Of a stretch of 64,000 nucleotides of DNA, positions 13,052 to 23,715 are shown in pieces. A model generated the notes under the pieces. That model saw only the letters and a list, made by a program, of their open reading frames with translations, made no database searches and was not told the origin of the DNA. Where the stretch lies: the NCBI GenBank assembly GCA_964016885.1, contig OZ024760.1, forward strand, positions 2,418,001 through 2,482,000. The letters are read 5' to 3'. Source of the DNA: Eledone cirrhosa (taxonomy: Eukaryota). Positions within the stretch are counted from its first letter, which is position 1. Each line of letters starts with the position of its first letter. The position numbers were made by a program, and so were the translations under genes.

Positions 13052-13243
13052 AGGGCGGTGGATTGGCAGTATCGGTAGAGGGTCGGACGCCATGCTTTGA
13101 AGTATAGTGTTACATCCCTTTACGATCTGAGTTCAAATCCCGCCGAGGTTGACTTTGCCTTTCATCCTTACGGGGTCGATAAAATAAAGTACCAGTAATG
13201 CACTGGGTAATTGCTGGCCTTGTGCCTAAAGTAGAAACAATTA
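13052..13243 (+). mobile_element. Full-length Deu/Nin-like tRNA SINE with ~15-bp TSD
   Basis: A box tggcagtatcgg, B box gttcaaatcc. TSD attatttcttattcc on both sides. Confidence 0.85.
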
Positions 13244-14247
13244 TTTCTTATTCCTGTTTTTAAAGTAGACACCATTTTAACCCACTTCACTTCCTAAATT
13301 GAACAATCTTTATTTAAGACTCTTCACCACAACAATAAACACTTTAGCTCACATAATTATGTCACATAATATTGAATCTATGAGATTTTGATATTATTAA
13401 TTTTGAGAACAATACCTTAACATAAGTATGAGCAACCAGTTACAGCCAGTTTGAACAGAAAGAGGTAACAGAATTCTAGCTGGATAAGACTGGTTTAAAT
13501 GCTAAAGGATTAAGGCCTTTCACCACAACAACAAACACTTCAGCTCACATAATATCGAATCTACAAGATTTCAATGTCTATTTTGAGAACAATACCTTAA
13601 AATAAGTAGTGGTTATAGCTGGTTTGAACAGAAAAAGGTGAGAGAATTCTGGCCGGATACGGGCAGTTTAAAAGCTAAATGGTTAAGGCCCTTCACCACG
13701 ACAACAAGAAATTTCGCCAATTCCATTATGGCGTTGTTAATAATGGTGTGAAAAAAAATTTTTTTTTTCTCCCGTACAGTTATTATTAGCTTTTGGAGGG
13801 GAAAGAAAAAATGAAAAGAAAATAATAGGAAAAATAATAAAATAGTAATAAAATTAAAAGAGAGAGAAGAGCGGGAGGTAATGGCTGGTGGAATTGCTAT
13901 TTTTGGGAAATATAATGAAAATAGCTGAAAAATTAATTCCGACAACCTGAAGATATTGTGTGAAATCAATTTTTAGCAAAACAGATGTTCAATGGTGGCG
14001 AATGCGTGTGTGTTAGTGAGTGTGTGTGTGTTTGTGTTTGTGCATGTGTGGTGTATGGATACATGAGTGTGTAAGAGTTCCCAACAATGCTTATATAAAT
14101 ACACACACACTCACACATATATACATATACATATATGTATATATATATATAAATCTTCATCAGCATTTTACATTTGCTATGCATATGTATAATTATGTTA
14201 TTAATGTATATGTGTATACATATACACATATACATGCATGTGTGCGA

Positions 14248-14304
<57 letters not shown>

Positions 14305-14492
14305 TGTGTGTGTGTATATATATACATATGTATATATATATATGTTCTGTTGTGGGCAATGACAGGTCAGGTGACCTTGTCTTGCTCATACAGGAAGTGA
14401 TTTGGATTGATATATATACATATATATATACATACATATATATATATTCATATATACATATATATATACATACACATATACATATATATATG

Positions 14493-14524
<32 letters not shown>

Positions 14525-14526
<2 letters not shown>

Positions 14527-15813
14527 ATAAAAATAATAAAGAATTCATATCTAGTAACATATATATACATACAGATGCATATCAATGCAAGCAAATATAT
14601 AGGTTTTGTCTTAATAACAGTGTGGTTCAATGCATGGGGTTGCAGAACAATAATATAAGAGACGTAAAATAAGAAAATTATAAAATTAACTTACTTACTA
14701 AAATATCACTCCCAACTAATTAGTTTCTGGAATGGAGTAAATATATTTTCCGAAGAATAATATGGAGAAGCATTCCGTCGTCAGGAAAGTCTTTTCTCAT
14801 GTAAGTTTCCAGGCAAAGCGAGGACACTGGAAACTTATTAAAAAATAATTCGGTGGATAGGAAATAGCAAAGCGTGGACTGAATTCCAAGCCATTGAGAA
14901 AATCACTGCCGCTACGTCTGTGGCAAATTCAAAAAGAATCGAACACATGACATCGAGGTCAATCAGTGGAAAGTGGTTTGTTAATAAGACAGCGGCCTGC
15001 CTACAACCGTAGCAGCAGTCATGGCCAATATTGCTCGACAAATAATTTGGAGATAATAATAAAGAATTCATATCTAGTAACATATATATACATGCAGATG
15101 CATATCAATGCTAGCAAATATATAGGTTTTGTCTTAATAACAGTGTGGTTCAATGCATGGGGTTGCAGAACAATAATATAATTTACTCCATTCCAGAAAC
15201 TAATTAGTTGGAAGTGATATTTTAGTAAGTAAGTTAATTTTCTTATTTTCTAATTTTCTAATTTTCTAATTTTCTTATTTTACGTCTCTTATATTATTGT
15301 TCTGCAACCCCATGCATTGAGCCACACTGTTATTAAGACAAAACCTATATATTTGCTAGCATTGATATGCATCTGCATGTATATATATGTTACTAGATAT
15401 GAATTCTTTATTATTATCTCCAAATTATTTGTCGAGCAATATTGGCCATGACTGCTGCTACGGTTGTAGGCAGGCCGCTGTCTTATTAACAAACCACTTT
15501 CCACTGATTGACCTCGATGTCACGTGTTCGATTCTTTTTGAATTTGCCACAGACGTAGAGGCAGTGATTTTCTCAATGGCTTGGAATTCAGTCCACGCTT
15601 TGCTATTTCCTATCCACTGAATTATTTTTTAATAAGTTTCCAGTGTCCTCGCTTTGCCTGGAAACTTACATGAGAATAGACTTTCCTGACGACGGAATGC
15701 TTCTCAATATTATTCTTCGGAAAATATATTTACTCCATTCCAGAAACTAATTAGTTGGAAGTGATATTTTAGTAAGTAAGTTAATTTTATAATTTTCTTA
15801 TTTTACGTCTCTT
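14525..15813. mobile_element. Head-to-head partial tandems of a 523-nt HHR-bearing unit (retrozyme/non-autonomous PLE-like)
   Basis: Period 523 in both arms (14647 vs 15170; 15291-15813). Inversion point ~15180. (TA)n flanks. Confidence 0.75.
15680..15762 (+). ncRNA. Type I hammerhead motif (mirror copy ~14708-14790 minus; 3' half also ~15181-15215)
   Basis: actttc CTGACGA c-ggaatg-(36 nt)-cattcc-a GAAA ctaattag TT ggaagt. Stem III is the perfect palindrome ACTAATTAGT. Confidence 0.75.
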
Positions 15814-15818
15814 ATATA

Positions 15819-15875
<57 letters not shown>

Positions 15876-16189
15876 GCACGTGTGTGTGTGTGTACATCTT
15901 TATATATATGTCATCATGATATATATTATATATATGGTAGGTGTTAAGAAGGGTATCCATCTACATAAGCCATCCTCCCTGTACAGACCACCAAGCTGAA
16001 CATGAAATGTACGAGAAAGACATGGACACCTGACTAGTCTAGCCATAAAACATGACAGCCTATAAACCCAATCGTGGAGTATATATCATCATCATCATCA
16101 TCATCAATTACCCAGTGTATTACTGGTACTTTATTTTATCGACCCCGTAAGGATGAAAGGCAAAGTTAACCTCGATATATACCAAGATA

Positions 16190-16295
16190 ATAATAAATGG
16201 AAACTATATTTATAAAACCATATTTATTTTATTATATATATTTCAAGGGCGACCAAGCAAATCTTGGTGCGTTTTCATCAGATAAAATACAAAAT
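16190..16295 (-). mobile_element. PLE-like HHR end fragment (family of 2825-3060)
   Basis: tattttat CTGATGA aaacgcaccaag..cttggtcgccctt GAAA tatata TA ataaaata (16225-16289). Confidence 0.7.
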
Positions 16296-16670
16296 ATATA
16301 TAAAATACAAAATATATATATGTATATATATGCAAGTTATACAGTCATCAATATATCATCATGATCATCTTTATCAGACATACACATAGGCATACACATA
16401 TACATACATATACATAGATATACACACATACATACTCATAGATATACACACATACAAACACATAGATATACACATAGATATACACATAGATATACACACA
16501 TACAAACACATAGATATACACATAGACGTACACACATACAAACATATATACATACATACACACATACAAACAGACATACACATAGACATTCACACATACA
16601 TACACATATATACACAGACACACACATACATCCACAGACACACACATACAGACGTATTATTATTATATAC

Positions 16671-17250
16671 ATGGTGGCTGCCAACTCGTTTTCGAGTACG
16701 GCCACTACTTTATATCCATGTAGGAGAACCCCTACCGATGCGCTGAACGAGTGTGACTTTTTAGTCCAGCCAGCGACTTGAAAACTCTGGTACAAACACT
16801 ACACTTGTGACAATTATTGACACATAGTGCTGGGCCCATGGTACCATGTGACGACAAGTGCAGAGAGATCTCCAGATATAAAGCAATGCCTGTGCCGTGA
16901 AGCTTTTATAGTGAGCAAAGGCACTGCACAAAGCCAGTCCCACTCTCTTAACCAAGATGATATTTACCAAAAAGAAGAACAAGTCAACATCATTGGATAC
17001 CATCAGAGTTGCAGGTGTTATATCAGAGTTTTCCTTCTCCTAGAATTCTGCCTTGACAAAGGCTAAGGGGTCATCTCTCCCGGTGATTTTGGATGGCCAT
17101 TGACTCTTAAGAGCTCCTTTGCCCTTTGACAGGTTTTGTTTTTAGTCCTGCAGGATGTCCAAAGTCACCCTCCTCACCAAGAAACCTTGGTGGAGTTGCC
17201 AGTTTAGTCGCCAACGACCCGACCATGAGACAGGTTGTACAGGGATACAT
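16671..17250 (-). mobile_element. Internally deleted (bipartite) RTE-type non-autonomous element; second, 5'-truncated copy at 17316-17635
   Basis: 5' part has the RTE-5'UTR-like aggagaaggaaaactctg. 3' part encodes CSVCTRVFKSLAGLKSHTRSAHR* (16732-16812), then a short UTR hairpin. 320 bp are duplicated with a 645-bp period. Confidence 0.6.
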
Positions 17251-17259
17251 GTTACATAT

Positions 17260-17290
<31 letters not shown>

Positions 17291-18284
17291 CACATATACA
17301 TATATATATACATACATGGTGGCTGCCAACTCATTTTCGAGCACGGCCACTACTTCATATCCATGTAGGAGAACCCCTACCGATGCGTTGAACGAGTGTG
17401 ACTTTTTAGTCCAGCCAGCGACTTGAAAACTCTGGTACAAACACTACACCTGTGACAATTATTGATACACAGTGCTGGGCCCATGGCACCATGTGACGAC
17501 AAGTGCAGAGAGATCTCCAGATATAAAGCAATGCCTGTGCCGTGAAGCTTTTATAGTGAGCAAAGGCACTGCACAAAGCCAGTCCCACTCTCTTAACCAA
17601 GATGATATTTACCAAAAAGAAGAACAAGTCAACATACATACAGACATACATAGACATACACACATGCACACACATATACATACACACAGACATACACACA
17701 CATAGACATATATATATATATATATACATACACATATACACACAGACCACACGCATGCACACACACACATGCACACACACACATACATACACACATACAC
17801 AGACATACACACACAGACATATATATGCATACACATATACACACAGGCACACACAGACATAGATACACACACACAGACATAGATACACACACACATACAT
17901 ACATACACACACACAGCCATACACACAAACACACACAGACAGACACACACAGACATACACACACAGACATACACACACACACAGACATACACACACACAC
18001 AGACATAGATATACACACACAGACAGACACACACAGACATACATACACACAGCCATACACACAAACACACACAGACAGACGCACACAGACATACATACAC
18101 AGACATAGATACACACACACATACATACATACACACAGCCATACACACAGCCATACACACAGACAGACGCACACAGACATACACACAGGTGTGTGTTTAG
18201 GTTACAAGTCCTTCAAGATTGATTACAGGTTAGTGTGCAGCTTGTCTTGTAAAGTGCATCTCATCCATTTGATAATGCATTGAT

Positions 18285-19040
18285 GCAGGAAAACGATAGC
18301 AATGATGACAATGGTGGTGGTGGTGGTGGTGGTGGTGGTGGTGGTGGTGGTGGTGGTGGTGGTGGTGACGAAGATGACAGGAAAACGATAGCGAATGTGG
18401 TGATGTTGAAAGTGGTGGTGGTGGTGGTGGTGGTGGTGGTGGTGGTGGTGACGATGATGACAGGAAAACGATAGCGAATGTGGTGATGATGATGATGGTG
18501 GTGGTGGTGGTGGTGGTGGTGGTGGTGGTGGTGGTGACGATGATGACAGGAAAACGATAGCGAATGTGGTGATGATGATGATGGTGGTGGTGGTGGTGGT
18601 GGTGGTGGTGGTGGTGGTGGTGACGATGATGACAGGAAAACGATAGCGAATGTGGTGATGATGATGATGGTGGTGGTGGTGGTGGTGGTGGTGGTGGTGG
18701 TGGTGGTGACGATGATGACAGGAAAACGATAGCGAATGTGGTGATGATGATGATGGTGGTGGTGGTGGTGGTGGTAGTGGTGGTGGTGGTGGTGGTGGTG
18801 GTAATGATGATGATGGTGGTGGTGGTGGTGGTGATGGTGGTGGTGGTGGTGGTGGTGGTGGTGGTGGTGGTGGTGGTGGTGGTAGTGGTGGTGGTGGTGG
18901 TGGTGGTGGTAATGATGATGATGGTGGTGGTGGTGGTGGTGATGGTGGTGGTGGTGGTGGTGGTGGTGGTGGTGGTGGTGGTGGTAGTGGTGGTGGTGGT
19001 GGTGGTGGTGGTGATGGTGGTGGTGGTGATGATGATGATG
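18285..19040. repeat. (GGT)n tract with ~5 copies of gacgatgatgacaggaaaacgatagcgaatgtg
   Basis: Direct inspection. Confidence 0.9.
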
Positions 19041-19094
19041 AATATGAGGATGTGATGATGATGCTAATAATAATATATATATATTTTCTTTCTT

Positions 19095-19279
19095 TCTACT
19101 TTTGGCACAAGGCCAGCAATCAACCCAGCGCATTACTGGTATTTTATTTTATCGACCCCGTAAGGATGAAAGGCAAAGTTAACCGCGGCAGGATTTGAAC
19201 TCAGCCCGTAAAGGGACATAACTCTATGCTGCAAAGCGTGGTATCTGACGCTCTACCGATTCTGTCAATCCACCACCCT
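19095..19279 (-). mobile_element. Deu/Nin-like tRNA SINE (other minus copies ~27482-27660, 33186-33367, 37991-38172, 44490-44690, 61095-61278)
   Basis: Reverse complement of the 13052 family. Confidence 0.8.
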
Positions 19280-19289
19280 GTGGTAATAG

Positions 19290-20250
19290 TAATGAAGTTT
19301 GCATGCTTTGATGGATGTGTAATAGTAATATATGTGAATAACAAAGCATAAACGAACTGAGAAAGAAACTAGGCATAAAAGGAATCAGATGCAGTGTGCA
19401 GGACAGGAGAATGTGTTGGTATGGACATGTGATGTGCATGAAGGATGACAGCTGTATAAAAAGGTGAAGGGTCTCAAGGTTGATGGAAGCTACTGTACAG
19501 GAAGACCTAGAAAGACTTGAGATAAGGTGATAAAAGCTGACCTTGCAGAATTGAGATCTTTGGTGTTATGAAGTAATACAGAAGATCCGCCTTCCCATGT
19601 GCACAACTGTAAAGTTGTCATGATTGCAGTCTTGTAGGTGATACAACAAAAAGCACAGCCCACACTGTAAAGTTGTCATGTTGTCGACACAACAAAAAGT
19701 GCCCAGTCTACACTGTAAAGTGGTCATGTAGGTAACATGGCTAAAAGCCCCCAGCCACACAGTAAAGCCGTCATGTAGGTGATACAACAAAAAGCTCCCA
19801 TCACACACTGTAAAGCAGTCTTGTATGTGACACAAAAAAATTGCACACAGCCCACACTGTGGAAGTGACATGACAAAAAGCACCCAGCACACACTGTATA
19901 TGTGGTTGGCGTTAAGAAGGGCATCCAGCCATAGAAACCAAGCCCAAACCAGTACTGTATGAGCAAGTCATGGTTATCAGACATAGCTTGCCTCACAACA
20001 GGGCAACTCGTCTAACCCATGCTAGCATGGAAAATGAACATTAAACATATATATATATATATATGCCAGTTGAAGGAAGACGTGGTAGAGGTAGACCACG
20101 AAAAACATGGGCGGAGGTGGTGAGAACAGACCTCAGATCATTGAAGCTCACGGTGGAGATGACGAGGGACCGTGACGAGTGGAGAGATGCTGTGCTGAAT
20201 AAGACCCGTCCCACCCTTGCAAGCAGGGAAAAGCGGACGTAAAATGATGA
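19290..20250 (+). mobile_element. Decayed RTE 3' fragments (ORF end plus 3' UTR with ~48-bp internal repeats)
   Basis: Homologous to the C-terminus (LRWMC...WYGHVMRM...GRP.KTW) and 3' UTR of the RTE at 24 kb. Ends in (ATG)n tails. Confidence 0.7.
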
Positions 20251-20259
20251 TGATGATGA

Positions 20260-20292
<33 letters not shown>

Positions 20293-20296
<4 letters not shown>

Positions 20297-20540
20297 GGAG
20301 GTGAGTTTTATTGTAGTACAATAAAGCAATGCAGATATCGGATAAGAAGCACTCTACAGTTTGTAGGACTGGAGTATACATAATATATAAGATCAAAAGA
20401 TGGTTAAAGGAGTTCCATGTATTTTATTATGCGCATTTCAAAACACAAATATTTATTGCATGATGATGTTTGTTTTTGAAATGCGCATAATAAAATACAT
20501 GGAACTCCTTTAACCATCTTTTGATCTTATATATTATATA
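20293..20540 (-). mobile_element. PLE-like palindrome plus tail with HHR 3' half
   Basis: Arms ~20376-20450 and 20468-20540. GAAA tgcgca TA ataaaata (palindromic stem III). Tail on the left, (TA)n flanks. Confidence 0.65.
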
Positions 20541-21104
20541 TATATATATGTATATATGTATGTATCCCCACCACCACAACCTACAACAACACCACCACTA
20601 CCACCACCATCACCACTGTCACCACCACCACCACCACCACCACCACCACCATCACCGCCATCACCACTATCCCCACCCCCACCACCCCCACCACCACCAT
20701 CACCACCATTTATGTTCAATTAATTCTTCAACAATAACTTGTTTATTTTAAACATTACTTCAACATTGTTCTTGTTTTGATTTCATGTTTTTCTTTGTTG
20801 TTTGTGTTTGTGTTTTTCATGAATGCTATGTTTCTGGTGTGATTAGACATTTCTTCAGGGATATATGTGTACATACACACACAGACGCACACATACAGAT
20901 ATACCCACACACACACACACATACACACATTCACATATATTCATACTAATACACTTGCACACACATACTCAAACACACAGACACACACACATATTCTTTC
21001 AAGACATTTTCATCATCATCATCATTTATATATACATATATATAGACACACATATATACATATATATAGACATATACATATTCATTCATTTCATTTCATT
21101 TCAT

Positions 21105-21420
21105 TTTATGTCCGCTTTTTTCCCTGCTTGCAAGGGTGGGACGGGAACTGATTCTGGCTTGATTTCTACAGCTGGATGCCCTTCCTAACACCAACCTCAT
21201 TTAAAGTGAGTGCTGGGTGCTTTTTTGCCGTGGCACCTCCACGACCACTTTGCAGTGGAATGATAGGAACCCCAGTCCCTATCATCTCATTTCTACAGCT
21301 GAGTAAACTGGAGCAATGTGAAATAAAGTGCCTTGCTCAAGGAAACAACACATCACCCGGTGTGAGAATTGAACTCACAACCTTTTGATTGCAAGGCCAA
21401 TGCTCTAACCACTAAGCCAT
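21105..21420 (-). mobile_element. tRNA-head, CORE-like-body, RTE-tail SINE (copies 35420-35762 plus, 45880-46023 partial)
   Basis: tggcttagtggttagagc...gttcaattc head. The 3' half matches the RTE 3' UTR (gaagggcatccagctgtagaaa...(ATG)n). Confidence 0.8.
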
Positions 21421-21816
21421 GATGATATATATATATATATATCATCATCATCATCATCGTTTAACATCTATCTTCCACGCTATCTATGTATCTTTATATA
21501 TATACATATATAAAGATACATAGATATATCAACTCAGGTATGCTTGATTTGAAAGCAAGGCATGGAACTGTGTAATTTTATTTATTGGCAGATGGTCAAT
21601 TTAATTTATTCATACGGATCTTATGAAACAACGGTGAATTCTCTCCCTTGTCTACCTTGAAATTCATTTAATCTCATTTCATTTCACAGCAATTTAATTA
21701 AATTACTCTAAATTAATGGAGGGTGGTGATATGGGCTGAATCAGTAAAGCATGGGTGCTAAATACAATATATTAATGATACAATATTAAATACAATATAT
21801 TAATGATTCTCATCCA

Positions 21817-21889
<73 letters not shown>

Positions 21890-21893
<4 letters not shown>

Positions 21894-22090
21894 GGAAAAA
21901 TTTGCACAGGGACAAAACAGAGAGGCAGTACAACGAATGTTTATTAATTTCACGCTCTGGAGAGTGGGGTGTTAGTGGGGGACGACGTTTCGGGCATAAG
22001 CCCTTCCTCAGATGAGAAGTGTGTGGGAACAGAGTTCAAAGGGTGTGTAGGGGAGTGGTGGAGAGACATATAGCGAAAGGAAACGGTGCG
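21890..22090 (-). mobile_element. PLE-like end with minimal HHR motif (21982-22013)
   Basis: at CTGAGGA a gggc-ttat-gccc GAAA cg TC gt. The 3' end abuts (TA)n. Stem I is very short. Confidence 0.6.
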
Positions 22091-22174
22091 AATGAAAAAA
22101 TAAAAAATAAAGATAAAAATAAAAATAAAAATAAAGATAAAAATAAAAATAAAGATAAAAATATATATATATAT

Positions 22175-22350
22175 ACAATATTAACAAATGGAAACTATAT
22201 TTATAAAACCATATTTATTTCATTATACATATTTCAAGGACACCATGGTGTGCTTTCATCAGATAAAATATAATATAGAGCAGTTTTATAAATAAATATT
22301 GACATACCCTTAAAGAATGCAACCATTACTGTTGGAAGCTCCCGGATATT
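22175..22350 (-). mobile_element. PLE-like HHR end (family of 2825-3060) with shortened stem II
   Basis: tattttat CTGATGA aagcacacc-at-ggtgtcctt GAAA tatgta TA atgaaata (22216-22270). Confidence 0.7.
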
Positions 22351-22397
22351 ATATATATATATAATATAAAATCAGAAGATGGTTAAAAGAGTTCCAT

Positions 22398-22846
22398 CAT
22401 CATCATCATCATCATCACCGTTTTACGTCCGTTCTTCCACGCTAGCATGGGTTAGACGGGTTGTCCTGTTGTGGGCAGTGTCTGGTCGGCTGACCATGCC
22501 TTGCTCATACAGGAACTGATCTGGCTTGATTTCTACAGCTGGATGCCCTTCCTAACACCAACCTCATTTACAGTGAGTGCTGGGTGCTTTTTCGTGGCGC
22601 CTACACGTCCACTTTACAGTGTGGGCTGGGTGCTTTTTTGCCGTGGCACCTCCACGACCACCTTGCGGTGGGGGGGGGGGGGGCATATTGTTTATATGCT
22701 TCAGCATGTACCCATGGGAGGTCGGGTACCCTGTATTACTGCGTGACGCCAGAAGTCACGGTCGTGTGTCATTGACTTTGAGAGGTGTAGTTGGGTAAGG
22801 TCGGCTTTTATCACCTCATCCCAAGTCATCTTGGGATGAGGTGATA
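22398..22846 (-). mobile_element. Near-identical duplicate of the 3' ~440 bp of the adjacent RTE LINE
   Basis: Matches 23716-24155 and ends in a 17-bp fold-back (22809-22846). Confidence 0.9.
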
Positions 22847-22878
22847 TTATATATATATATATATATATGAGGTCATAT

Positions 22879-22909
<31 letters not shown>

Positions 22910-23037
22910 TATATATAATATATATAATATATATATATATAATATATATAATATATATATATATAATATATATAATATATATAATATATATAATATATAT
23001 AATATATAATATATATATATATAATATATATATATAT

Positions 23038-23348
23038 TTCGTTTCTGAATTTGTTTAGCAAGATTCTTTATCTGAAATCGTGTGTTGAAACCGATATTGT
23101 TATACTTTGGGAGGGTCATGTTGCCAATAAGAAACACACGCACCAGTTGCTTTCACTTCAATTTAATTTAATATATATTTATAAATTTACAAATTTATAA
23201 ATTTCTGGTTGGTTGGTTGGTTCCACAACCAGATAGTTGTTTATATATATATAGTCATAGTTCTTTCGTCACACACTCTGTGACCTCTTCAGTGACTGGG
23301 GATTTCTTTCTTCGTTTCTGTGCCTTTCCTTTCTTCTATCCTACGCCA
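23038..23348 (-). mobile_element. PLE-like end with HHR (23254-23296); family of 36342-36882
   Basis: gtca CTGAAGA g gtcaca-gagtg-tgtgac GAAA gaac TA tgac, embedded in (TA)n. Confidence 0.7.
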
Positions 23349-23552
23349 TATATATAATATATATATATATAATATATATATATATAATATATATATATAT
23401 AATATATATATATATAATATATAAATATATAATATATATAATATATATATATATAATATATAATATATATATATATAATATATATATATATATAATATAT
23501 ATATATATAATATATAATATATATATATATAATATATATATATATATAATAT

Positions 23553-23584
<32 letters not shown>

Positions 23585-23715
23585 ATATATATATATATAA
23601 TATATATAATATATATATAATATATATATATATGTATATATAATATATATATATAATATATAAATATAATATATATATATAATATATATTTAATATATAA
23701 TATATATATATAATA

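Noticed and set aside
17100-17250. HDV-like ribozyme expected at an RTE 5' end
   Set aside because: I could not assign the nested double pseudoknot by eye; needs a descriptor search.
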